Below, piece after piece: positions 28,883 to 37,086 of a DNA stretch of 64,000 bases. Made by a program: the position numbers and the translations under genes. Every line of letters starts with the position of its first letter. Position 1 is the stretch's first letter. Source of the DNA: a virus; the IMG/VR virus record IMGVR_UViG_3300046171_000227, positions 11,269 to 75,268 of that record. One strand, 5' to 3'. Under the pieces are notes generated by a model that was not told the origin of the DNA, did no database searches, and saw nothing but the letters and a program-made list of their open reading frames with translations.

Positions 28883-29792
28883 TTTTCAAAAAAGTTATTA
28901 AGATCAAGTTGAGATAAATCTTGCGTTTGAGCGTCTAGAAACATCTGATTATTATCTAGAAGCAGTTGTTCAGTCACTTCAGAATAGTCGTCAACAAAAA
29001 GAACCTGATAGTCTTTATACAATTCTTCTAGAAACGGAGTTCGTTTCATTACGGGAACACGCCGCATGTAGATTGTCTCCCAGTTTCTATGGCAATCAAT
29101 AGCATTTCCTCTAGGACATAAAACAAACTTACACCTTCTCATGTGTTCTAAGTAAGTTTCAAAATCAACTCTTCCACTCTCCACGGTTGCCCAAGATTCA
29201 TCTATAAACTTTGTAGACAAACCCTTACGCTCTTCATGTGAGTTTTCATTTATGCCAACATAGAGTAATCTAAATGATCTAGGATCTCTCTCATTCATGA
29301 AGTGATTGAGAATTTCAATTCGATCATCGTTTGGATTCATGCGTCTCTGCATACCATATGGCGCAGGAATCACTTTCCCACCAAAGGTGACGGCATTCAC
29401 AGCAACAATGCGAACTACATTATCAGGAATAAACTCATAAATGTAATCATCAATCGGAGTATCTTCAAGATTAGGTGAAGATAATAAACTTCATGTCCTT
29501 GAAGTTTCTGCAGAGATTAAGAAGATTACTCTTTTGCATCATTGCCCTGACAGCAGGCCAATCTTCATCTTTAACATCCTGCAATCTTTCTATGATATAA
29601 ACGAATGTTATCAATGAACAGAGTCATATAATTTCTACTTCTTTCAATCTCAAAAACTTTACTGACGAACTCAAAGTTCATCAGATTAGCTTCTTTCATG
29701 AAATGCGTATATATCCCACTCCATTGTCCCGATTGATCGCCAAACGAATAGTCACAAAGTTGTGATAGTGCTACACCTTCAATTAATTCCAT
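28867..29792 (-). CDS. Exostosin/GT47-like glycosyltransferase (frameshifts ~29475 and ~29580)
   Basis: KFVLCPRGNAIDCHRNWE..VPV. Confidence 0.75.
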
Positions 29793-30637
29793 GGTTTAAT
29801 AAATTCTGCATACTTCTCCTGATTATTCTGAATATACTCTGGATAACTTTCATCAATTGGAACTGGATGATACGATATTCCTCTACCTAAAGGATCAGAT
29901 TTATTAGTCACTCTTGAAGAAGATTCAATTTCTGTAAGTTGTTGACTATCAGCACCTGCAGTCATTTTTTGCCTGTACCTTTCAACCCCTCCAAAGTAAC
30001 TCCAGTGCCACCCACCATCTAGAAGACGATGTGATTCCTCCCACATACTATCACGTAATTTGTCAACTGACAAATCTTTCATTTTACCCCAGGTACATAC
30101 CCTAGATCCTCTCCAATCATTCTGGTAATGAGTATTAAGATCATAGTAAAATGCTCTCTGCATAGCAGCATATAAGTTATTAGGATCAAACCAATCAGTA
30201 TTTTCAAGTATCAACGGATTAATTATTTCATCAGCATCACTAGTGATCACCATGTCATCATCTTCAACCCCAGACTTTTCCAATGAGAACGCAGTGTAAT
30301 TTCTTGCGTACATATCTCTTTGGTATCTATTAGGAATATCGATATATCGCATACCGCAATTGGGATCAATATCTTTGTATGCAGTGTGATATTTTTGTTT
30401 TTCATAATATGCAGTGAAATCACTGGGAATATCTTCCATTACATTATGAATAACCTTATCATTAAATTTAGAAAAACGATCTCTATTCTCCCAATAATAA
30501 AGTGGTTTACTATCACCCATGGTTGTATATGGTGATTCTGTGATTACAAAGTAATCAACAACATCATAAAGAATATTGAATCTAATTTCAAGAATTTCTA
30601 GTTCATTAAAGAATCTAAAGGAATCGAATATTTTCAT
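29783..30637 (-). CDS. Glycosyltransferase family 17 (MGAT3-like)
   Basis: FFNELEILEIR, VDYFVITES, SDADEI, GGWHWSY. Confidence 0.85.
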   Translation of the reverse strand: MKIFDSFRFFNELEILEIRFNILYDVVDYFVITESPYTTMGDSKPLYYWENRDRFSKFNDKVIHNVMEDIPSDFTAYYEKQKYHTAYKDIDPNCGMRYIDIPNRYQRDMYARNYTAFSLEKSGVEDDDMVITSDADEIINPLILENTDWFDPNNLYAAMQRAFYYDLNTHYQNDWRGSRVCTWGKMKDLSVDKLRDSMWEESHRLLDGGWHWSYFGGVERYRQKMTAGADSQQLTEIESSSRVTNKSDPLGRGISYHPVPIDESYPEYIQNNQEKYAEFIKPWN

Positions 30638-31629
30638 CAATTTTTCCAATAATCATAAATGTCTTTCGTCACTTCATAATCCATATCTTTAACTTTTCTA
30701 TTAGGTTGCTTCATAGCCCAAACAAACATACTCTCAATCAATTCATTAAGGTTTGTATTATCCTCGAAGTTGAGAATAGTTTTTGCTTTAGTATGATCAC
30801 AATAAGCATGTTTTACTTCATGACGTGGTTCACCATGCTCAATGTTTACCTGATAACCATACTTTGCAGCAATAGTCTGAACTGAAATAGCAACTTCATT
30901 CAGTGAGAAATGTTTATCAGCACCAATATTAAATGTCTCACCATCATGATCCGTTAAGAGTTTATCAAACGGTTCCATATAATATTTGATATCAGAGAAT
31001 GCTCTTGTTTGTTCTCCATCACCGTAGACAAGAATAGGTTGTCCATTCAACGCCTTACGGATGAAGATACCAATCACATTACGATATCTGTCCCAGATAT
31101 TCTGATAAACTCCGAGAACATTGTGAGGACGAACAATATTGTATCGTAATCCGAATTGTTCATACGCTAATTTCAAATCACATTCTACTGCATATTTTGC
31201 AATACCATATGGATCAATAGGTTGTGGACGCTTATCTTCGGTAAATGGTGGAGTTTGATCTCCATAGACTGCCATACTAGAAGTGAAGATGACTTTCGTT
31301 TCATAAGTGATGCACTCGTTGATCAGATTAGCGGAAACGATAAGATTATTACGATAATTGTAATTACGAATAAAAGGAGAAAGTCCTTCAGCCGCATACG
31401 CCGCGAAATGAACGAGGACATCAGGTTGATGCTCTTTAAAAAGTTCAGCAACTTTTTTCCTCCTTTCTAGATTTAATTTCACAAACGTAAATTTCTCCCC
31501 TTTAGGTACAAAGGCTTTGTACCCTCCAGAGAGATCATCAATACCTACTACATCATGCCCTGCAGCAAGAAGATGTCGTGAATAATTTGAACCAAGCAAA
31601 CCAGCACAACCCGTTACGAAGATTTTCAT
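30637..31629 (-). CDS. NAD-dependent nucleotide-sugar epimerase
   Basis: TGCAGLLG, YGIAK. Confidence 0.9.
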   Translation of the reverse strand: MKIFVTGCAGLLGSNYSRHLLAAGHDVVGIDDLSGGYKAFVPKGEKFTFVKLNLERRKKVAELFKEHQPDVLVHFAAYAAEGLSPFIRNYNYRNNLIVSANLINECITYETKVIFTSSMAVYGDQTPPFTEDKRPQPIDPYGIAKYAVECDLKLAYEQFGLRYNIVRPHNVLGVYQNIWDRYRNVIGIFIRKALNGQPILVYGDGEQTRAFSDIKYYMEPFDKLLTDHDGETFNIGADKHFSLNEVAISVQTIAAKYGYQVNIEHGEPRHEVKHAYCDHTKAKTILNFEDNTNLNELIESMFVWAMKQPNRKVKDMDYEVTKDIYDYWKN

Positions 31630-32483
31630 TCGTATCCATACTCCTTTTTCATTTCGTCGAATATTTTTCTGATACCCACATCAATTGTGGTTTGAGGAAT
31701 CCACCAGTCAAGGATGTAAGTATCTGGTGCGTTTCTCTTATCAAGTTGAACGCTATCTTTAGCAAGTCCAGACTTGATATTAATATCATGCCTCCCAATC
31801 AATCCAAAACATCCCTGGATGATATTAGCAACCTCTCTAATAGTGTTAGAGCGGAATGAGGTGATGTGAAGAGGATCTTCAGGTTTGAAGTCAGTATAAG
31901 ACTCCATGATAGTCTCCAATGCCTCACAGCAGTCTTCAGCATAGAGGAACTGACGCTCTTCTGTGCCATCTGTCAGCATCTCAAACTCCTTCTCTTCAAA
32001 TCCTTTACGGATAAAGTCAGTGATGACATGTGCTTTGTCCATGTCTTTCTCAATGCCGTAGACATTCCAGAACTTGACAATCAGTCCTTTTAGAGTGCTG
32101 GTATAAAGTTCACCAACACGTTTCAGCACACCATAGGGAGAGTAACTCATGTTACTCATCTGAGATGATGCAAAGACAAAACGCTTCTTATACTTGCCAA
32201 GCAAATCAAAAATGTTTGCCATCATACGAGTGTTGTTATTAACAAAGTCAAACGTATGTTGATACTTCTTCAGATATCTAGAACCACCTACATCAAAGGC
32301 AAGAACAAATACAAAGTCCGCATTCTTGATTGCACGATCGAGATTATGATTCGGAATCTGAGTCAAATCTTCACCATGATGTCGAGCGATGTCGAATGGC
32401 GTGACATCATGCCCCTTAGCAGAAAGGTGCTCAACGAGATAAGCACCAATCTGTCCACTTGAACCCAATACTGTAACTTTCAT
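31626..32483 (-). CDS. NAD-dependent nucleotide-sugar epimerase/reductase
   Basis: LGSSGQIG, YGVLK, RQFLYAED. Confidence 0.88.
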   Translation of the reverse strand: MKVTVLGSSGQIGAYLVEHLSAKGHDVTPFDIARHHGEDLTQIPNHNLDRAIKNADFVFVLAFDVGGSRYLKKYQHTFDFVNNNTRMMANIFDLLGKYKKRFVFASSQMSNMSYSPYGVLKRVGELYTSTLKGLIVKFWNVYGIEKDMDKAHVITDFIRKGFEEKEFEMLTDGTEERQFLYAEDCCEALETIMESYTDFKPEDPLHITSFRSNTIREVANIIQGCFGLIGRHDINIKSGLAKDSVQLDKRNAPDTYILDWWIPQTTIDVGIRKIFDEMKKEYGYE

Positions 32484-33529
32484 CGATTAGCAACCTGAAT
32501 AGCAATCCAATTATATGTCTTTCTAATTCCTTCTTCAAGTGTCTGAGAATAATCCCAATCAAGTTTCTCACGAATGAGATCATTATTAGAATTACGTCCA
32601 CGAACACCAAGAGGTGCGTCAAGTTTGTGACGCTTCTGAACAACCTTTCCAGAGACTCTAGCAGCAGTCTCTACAAGTTCATTGATGGTTACCATCTCTT
32701 CAGAACCAATATTGACAGGGCCAATAAAGTCACTATCCATCAACCTTCTAGTTGCTTCAATGCATTCATCAATGAACAGGAAGGAACGAGTCTGTAAGCC
32801 ATCTCCCCACACCTCGATGGATCCACCGAGCGGCGCGAGATCTGCGACTTTACGGCAGATTGCAGCTGGCGCTTTCTCTCTTCCACCCTCCCAGGTTCCT
32901 TCAGGCCCGAAGATATTATGATATCGAGCAACCCGAACAGGGATATCGTGATTACGATGATAAGCAAAGTAAAGTCGTTCAGAAAATAGTTTTTCCCATC
33001 CGTATTCCGAGTCTGGATTGGCGGGGTATGCGGATTCTTCACGGCAATCTGGATTATCAGGATCAAGTTGATTATGCTCTGGATACATGCAGGCAGATCC
33101 AGAATAGAAAATCTTTGTCTTATTTACTTCTGTCCTTTCGTTAAGTTTACGTTGCTCTTCAAGGACATTCAGATTAATCGATACTGAATTATGCATGATG
33201 TCTGCGTCGTTCTCGCCAGTGAAAACGAAACCTGCACCACCCATATCGGCAGCAAACTGATAGATCTCATCAAAAGATTCAATCAGTCTTTCTGGAACAT
33301 TTTTAAAAAAGTTTCCATTATATCCTTTAAATTCAAGAACTCTTTTCACGAATGAAACATCCCTGAGATCACCAAGGATAAATTCGTTTGCTCTAGTAGA
33401 AGAGAACTCAGGATTCTTTAGATCTACTCCGCGAACCCAGTAACCTTCTTCGCGGAGTCTTTTAACCATATGACTTCCAATAAAGCCACCTGCACCAAGT
33501 ACCAGTGCAGTCTTATTATATTCAGACAT
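32480..33529 (-). CDS. GDP-mannose 3,5-epimerase-like protein
   Basis: GAGGFIG, AADMGGAGF, SACMYP, YGWEK, GGREKAPAAICRK, GVRGRNS. Confidence 0.88.
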   Translation of the reverse strand: MSEYNKTALVLGAGGFIGSHMVKRLREEGYWVRGVDLKNPEFSSTRANEFILGDLRDVSFVKRVLEFKGYNGNFFKNVPERLIESFDEIYQFAADMGGAGFVFTGENDADIMHNSVSINLNVLEEQRKLNERTEVNKTKIFYSGSACMYPEHNQLDPDNPDCREESAYPANPDSEYGWEKLFSERLYFAYHRNHDIPVRVARYHNIFGPEGTWEGGREKAPAAICRKVADLAPLGGSIEVWGDGLQTRSFLFIDECIEATRRLMDSDFIGPVNIGSEEMVTINELVETAARVSGKVVQKRHKLDAPLGVRGRNSNNDLIREKLDWDYSQTLEEGIRKTYNWIAIQVANR

Positions 33530-33548
33530 GATGAAGACTTATACGTGT

Positions 33549-33782
33549 CTATTTAGATACTGTATCTTTGATGTAACAGGGAACACCTTCAGGATCCAAC
33601 CACTTTGTATACTCAAAGTCATCCATAGCAGTAATCAGTTGCATTTTGTTGTCAAGCAAATACATGTCACTGTATCGCTTAGTGTAATAATGTGCTTTTT
33701 GAATACGATAGTCAGGATGTCCGTTCTCTAGGACGCCAGACTCAACGTAACGATAGGGGAAGCGTTCGAGAAGAACTTTCAT
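33549..33782 (-). CDS. Hypothetical protein; 3' end contains the CTAAATA late-type promoter of the glycan operon
   Basis: ORF track; tatttag at 33549-33555 region. Confidence 0.7.
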   Translation of the reverse strand: MKVLLERFPYRYVESGVLENGHPDYRIQKAHYYTKRYSDMYLLDNKMQLITAMDDFEYTKWLDPEGVPCYIKDTVSK

Positions 33783-33994
33783 TGGACTTCGATAGTTTCA
33801 AGATCATTATAGACATATTCCATCAGGATGTCATAGTCATCCATGGGATCACCGGAAAAAACCACACCGCTGTTCTCATAATACTTGCGGACTTTCTTGA
33901 AAAGTTTTGGGTTCTTCACATCGAGAAAGAATTCTCCATTTGCTGCACTTCGGAGAGTCTGTACGTCCTTCTTGAATTTTGTAGTCAGTGTCAT
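33779..33994 (-). CDS. Hypothetical protein
   Basis: MTLTTKFKK start; promoter TTGACA-N17-TATACT at 34017-34045. Confidence 0.7.
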   Translation of the reverse strand: MTLTTKFKKDVQTLRSAANGEFFLDVKNPKLFKKVRKYYENSGVVFSGDPMDDYDILMEYVYNDLETIEVQ

Positions 33995-34045
33995 TTTGCT
34001 GGGTGTTGACGAGTCAAGTATAACTGACTTATGTATCCTTGTCAA

Positions 34046-34118
34046 TAGGGGTTGCGAGGATCGAACTCGCCTTAGGCAAATTATGAGTTTGCTGCATTCA
34101 CCAGATTGCTAAACCCCT
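34046..34118 (-). tRNA. tRNA-Ile2 (CAU; Met not excluded)
   Basis: AGGGGTT/AACCCCT acceptor; GCAAA-CTCATAA-TTTGC arm resembling cyanobacterial Ile2; lacks initiator features. Confidence 0.85.
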
Positions 34119-34193
34119 TGGTAGGACTGCTGAGAATTGAACTCAGTTCACACCGTTATAAGCAGTGGGCCTTAACCAATAGGCGACAGTCCC
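34119..34193 (-). tRNA. tRNA-Ile (UAU) with encoded CCA
   Basis: GGGACTG..CACTG-CTTATAA-CGGTG..TTCAA..CAGTCCTACCA. Confidence 0.92.
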
Positions 34194-34198
34194 TCAAT

Positions 34199-34369
34199 TC
34201 AAGAACCTTCTTCGTGTTCTGTATACATTTTTAGGAGTTCATCATTCGCTGGTATAAAGACAGCTGCTGTACCGTCTTCTTTGACAACGCCAAGTCTCTC
34301 TCCATTCTCAACTCGTGCGAAGAGTTCGTCGAAATTTTCTTCCCATTCTTTTAAAGAAAAGATTTCCAT
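34199..34369 (-). CDS. 56-aa Phd/YefM-antitoxin-like protein
   Basis: Manual translation MEIFSLKEWEENFDELFARVENGERLGVVKEDGTAAVFIPANDELLKMYTEHEEGS. Confidence 0.6.
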   Translation of the reverse strand: MEIFSLKEWEENFDELFARVENGERLGVVKEDGTAAVFIPANDELLKMYTEHEEGS

Positions 34370-34545
34370 TTGTTAACTATAGTGAAAAGTCCATGAGAGT
34401 AGAATCCCAGGACTATCGATCCCAGAATCGCACTTATAATTGTAGCAGTTTTATTGTGTTTGTCAATTGCCTTATCAATCATTTCTTGGCACTGTTTTTC
34501 CGTAACATAGTGCTCTGGTTTGATTTCATCCATCCGATGACTCAT
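34351..34545 (-). CDS. Small membrane protein
   Basis: C-terminal TM helix. Confidence 0.65.
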   Translation of the reverse strand: MSHRMDEIKPEHYVTEKQCQEMIDKAIDKHNKTATIISAILGSIVLGFYSHGLFTIVNKWKSFL

Positions 34546-34759
34546 CTTCTAGTCGCCCCAAAGTAACCATTCTCTCTTCCCATGTTACTCCACCTTCCAT
34601 TCCAGTACAAGGATTTATGCAGGTTTCATCACCGTGATTGTTACATACTAGTCCAGCAAGATCTAATTCGTTCCCTTTCTTGCCAGTATACCAGTAGTGT
34701 TGGCCACCTATCCAGGTTGCCTGACACTTTGGACACTCTTTAGTATCAAGTGATGTCAT
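34526..34759 (-). CDS. Cys-rich hypothetical protein
   Basis: CPKC, LAGLVCN..CINP. Confidence 0.7.
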   Translation of the reverse strand: MTSLDTKECPKCQATWIGGQHYWYTGKKGNELDLAGLVCNNHGDETCINPCTGMEGGVTWEERMVTLGRLEDESSDG

Positions 34760-35036
34760 TCTTTGTATGCTCCTTGAGTAATTGTTTTCTGTCTTTCACA
34801 AGTTGAGATCTAAGTTTCCTCATCAAGAAGTATGATCTCAATTTAATAAAAGAATACCTGACATTAAGATCAATGTATGCTACAAGTCGCATGGTGGCAT
34901 TATAACCACCTATTAAAATTAATGCAACAAATATCAGGACAAGAAGATAAAAGAGAACCAATATTTTTATGCAGGTATAATTGTATATAGAAACAAAATA
35001 TTTTCTAACAAGTGTAACATCTTGATACAAACACAA
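34746..35036 (-). CDS. Membrane protein (start uncertain)
   Basis: TM helix followed by a basic tail. Confidence 0.5.
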   Translation of the reverse strand: MCLYQDVTLVRKYFVSIYNYTCIKILVLFYLLVLIFVALILIGGYNATMRLVAYIDLNVRYSFIKLRSYFLMRKLRSQLVKDRKQLLKEHTKNDIT

Positions 35037-35110
35037 TCGGGATGATAGGATTTGAACCTACGGCCACTCGCTCCCAAAGCGAGTGCTCTACCAAACTGAG
35101 CTACATCCCG
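35037..35110 (-). tRNA. tRNA-Pro (UGG)
   Basis: CGGGATG..CTCGC-TTTGGGA-GCGAG..CATCCCGA. Confidence 0.95.
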
Positions 35111-35112
35111 GA

Positions 35113-35195
35113 CGGAGAGAACAGGAATCGAACCTGCGAAGGTGTTACCCTCAGCCGCTTTCAAGGCGGTGTCCTCGGCCAACCGGACTCTCTCC
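35113..35195 (-). tRNA. tRNA-Ser (UGA)
   Basis: GGAGAGA..CCGC-CTTGAAA-GCGG, long variable arm, G73. Confidence 0.93.
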
Positions 35196-35212
35196 AGGCA
35201 CATAATAGTTAT

Positions 35213-35695
35213 CTATTCAAAAAAATCAATTGCTAAACTGTATCTTGGCATAGTTACATTTGGAGGAACAGTATGTTTTATTTTACAGGGCAACAACATC
35301 AAAGAGTTGGTTGGACATTCTGTCTTGTAAATTTCATTTTCGATATTTAGCCATGATCCAATACCTTCAGGATTATCAATCATATAGACGCAAGTTACAT
35401 TATAATAACCCGGATAATCATGATCATGCCACACTTCATATGCCAAATCTTTATCAGTATAATTTACCCAAGAGGTTTTAACTGTTCTCGGTATATTAGA
35501 TTTTTCTGCTATTTTTTTAATTATGGGTGAAATAACTTCACATTTCATATGCAAATTATTCAGTGTTTGCAATCCAGGACAACCTTGAACTTTTTCTAAA
35601 AAACGTTTTGAACGAATGAATAAATTTACTCTTTCTTCTTCCGTAAGAATATTATCAATAATTTTTATTGAGTCTAATATATTATCTTTCCTCAT
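35213..35695 (-). CDS. 2OG-Fe(II) oxygenase-like protein
   Basis: WVN, WHDHD, HTVPP, RYSLA. Confidence 0.75.
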   Translation of the reverse strand: MRKDNILDSIKIIDNILTEEERVNLFIRSKRFLEKVQGCPGLQTLNNLHMKCEVISPIIKKIAEKSNIPRTVKTSWVNYTDKDLAYEVWHDHDYPGYYNVTCVYMIDNPEGIGSWLNIENEIYKTECPTNSLMLLPCKIKHTVPPNVTMPRYSLAIDFFE

Positions 35696-35927
35696 AATTT
35701 ATTTTACGTACTTTACGTTTTTTTCTTGCCTCTTGAAAAGCAAGATCCTGAGCAGAAAGTTTATTTGAAATTTTACTTTCTGATGATTTTATCATGACAA
35801 TTTGACTTAAATCAACTGCTGATACTTTATCATTAGTGACTATCATCATGTTAGGACAACCACAGACTTGAGTCTTAGTATTACTACAAATTTCTGTGTT
35901 GCATTCTTTGCAACGTACAATAATCAT
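35682..35927 (-). CDS. Zn-finger-like hypothetical protein
   Basis: CKEC...CGC; GGAGGG SD. Confidence 0.7.
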   Translation of the reverse strand: MIIVRCKECNTEICSNTKTQVCGCPNMMIVTNDKVSAVDLSQIVMIKSSESKISNKLSAQDLAFQEARKKRKVRKINYEER

Positions 35928-35951
35928 TTTTCATAACCCTCCTAATGGGAA

Positions 35952-36023
35952 TGCTTGATGACGGGATCGAACCGCCGACACCCAGAATGTAACTCTGGTG
36001 TTCTACCTCTGAACTAATCAAGC
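35952..36023 (-). tRNA. tRNA-Val (UAC)
   Basis: GCTTGAT..CCAGA-GTTACAT-TCTGG..ATCAAGCA. Confidence 0.92.
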
Positions 36024-36027
36024 AAAG

Positions 36028-36099
36028 CTCCCCCACTTGGACTCGAACCAAGAACCGCTCGATTAACAGTCGAGAGCTCTACCATTGAGCTATAGAGGA
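36028..36099 (-). tRNA. tRNA-Asn (GUU)
   Basis: TCCTCTA..CTCGA-CTGTTAA-TCGAG..TGGGGGAG. Confidence 0.95.
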
Positions 36100-36257
36100 T
36101 TGTTTTTTTGTTCCTTCTTTAGTTTGAAATACAGTTTATGATAATTATCACACATTTTTCTGAGAACATCTCTGTCTTCGTCAAAACCAAGTTTCTTAGT
36201 GTGTTGATAAGAACCTTCTAACTCGGATATAAGTAGAAGAATTTCAACTGGTTTCAT
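36090..36257 (-). CDS. 55-aa hypothetical protein whose stop overlaps the 5' end of tRNA-Asn
   Basis: Manual translation MKPVEILLLISELEGSYQHTKKLGF...NNPL; AGGA SD. Confidence 0.6.
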   Translation of the reverse strand: MKPVEILLLISELEGSYQHTKKLGFDEDRDVLRKMCDNYHKLYFKLKKEQKNNPL

Positions 36258-36273
36258 GTTCCTAAAAAAGGAA

Positions 36274-36345
36274 AGCGGAGTATCGGAATCGAACCGACGA
36301 CATCTAACTTGGAAGGATAGCGTTCTACCGCTGAACTAACTCCGC
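36274..36345 (-). tRNA. tRNA-Gly (UCC)
   Basis: GCGGAGT..CTTCCAA loop..ACTCCGCT. Confidence 0.93.
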
Positions 36346-36349
36346 GAGG

Positions 36350-36423
36350 CGTCTCAGGTAGGACTCGAACCTACGGCCGACTGCTTAGAAGGCAGTTGCT
36401 CTAATCCACTGAGCTACTGAGAC
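36350..36423 (-). tRNA. tRNA-Arg (UCU)
   Basis: GTCTCAG..CTGC-CTTCTAA-GCAG..CTGAGACG. Confidence 0.95.
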
Positions 36424-36435
36424 AAAAGAGAAGAC

Positions 36436-36642
36436 TCAAATCTCTGATTCAGAACCCCGAGTTGTGTCTTCAAGTACAATGTAGTCCATTCCATCCATTT
36501 TGTCAAGATCGAACCACTCGTACCATTCATCCATCATTGCAAGTCTATCATAAATTTGATCAACAGATTCATTTTGTGCCATTTCTTCAATATGAGTAAT
36601 AGCCCAGTTACGAGCCTGCATTACTACGTCCGTCGTTTCCAT
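36436..36642 (-). CDS. Acidic hypothetical protein
   Basis: METTDVVMQARNWA start inside the ORF-track ORF. Confidence 0.6.
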   Translation of the reverse strand: METTDVVMQARNWAITHIEEMAQNESVDQIYDRLAMMDEWYEWFDLDKMDGMDYIVLEDTTRGSESEI

Positions 36643-37060
36643 AGTAGTCTTTTCGGAAGTATCGGCTGAGGATGTTACTATTGTAGAACTTTGGAACTCC
36701 GTTGTCAAGGGATTCTGTAAGGACTCCGTTGACGAAGAGTTGTCTGGTTTCTTCAAAATTAGTTTTGCCCTTCGTGTTATGAACGCTGATAATAGTTCTG
36801 CTAAAATTTTGCTTACCGAATTTGTCAATGTCTTCTTTAAGTTCCGGACAAGAACCATAATATTTTTTCCAGTCAGATTCAGATTTTACTTTTCGTTTTT
36901 TACCTCTTGGAGTTCTAAACTGCCAGAAGTATTTTCTACCGATGTACTGTCGATTATTTTGTAAATTTGTAATGAGGTAGACAAAACCGAACTTATCGCC
37001 AATATTTTCAGATAAAAAAGGTTGTCCTTCAAAAATCCAGGGATTTTCATAATCAACCAT
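36608..37060 (-). CDS. GIY-YIG-like nuclease family protein
   Basis: GFVYLITN..RQYIGRK..YYGS; TATAAATA late promoter at 37084-37091. Confidence 0.75.
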   Translation of the reverse strand: MVDYENPWIFEGQPFLSENIGDKFGFVYLITNLQNNRQYIGRKYFWQFRTPRGKKRKVKSESDWKKYYGSCPELKEDIDKFGKQNFSRTIISVHNTKGKTNFEETRQLFVNGVLTESLDNGVPKFYNSNILSRYFRKDYYGNDGRSNAGS

Positions 37061-37086
37061 TACAAATTTATTTCAATTTCGATTAT

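Noticed and set aside
33529-33560. wcaG or manA RNA motif ahead of the epimerase cluster
   Set aside because: The intergenic gap is only ~20 nt and holds just a late-type promoter.
36608-37060. GIY-YIG-like gene as a mobile homing endonuclease that brought in glgP
   Set aside because: It is short, lacks an obvious DNA-binding extension and looks like a resident cyanomyovirus gene; no target duplication is visible.
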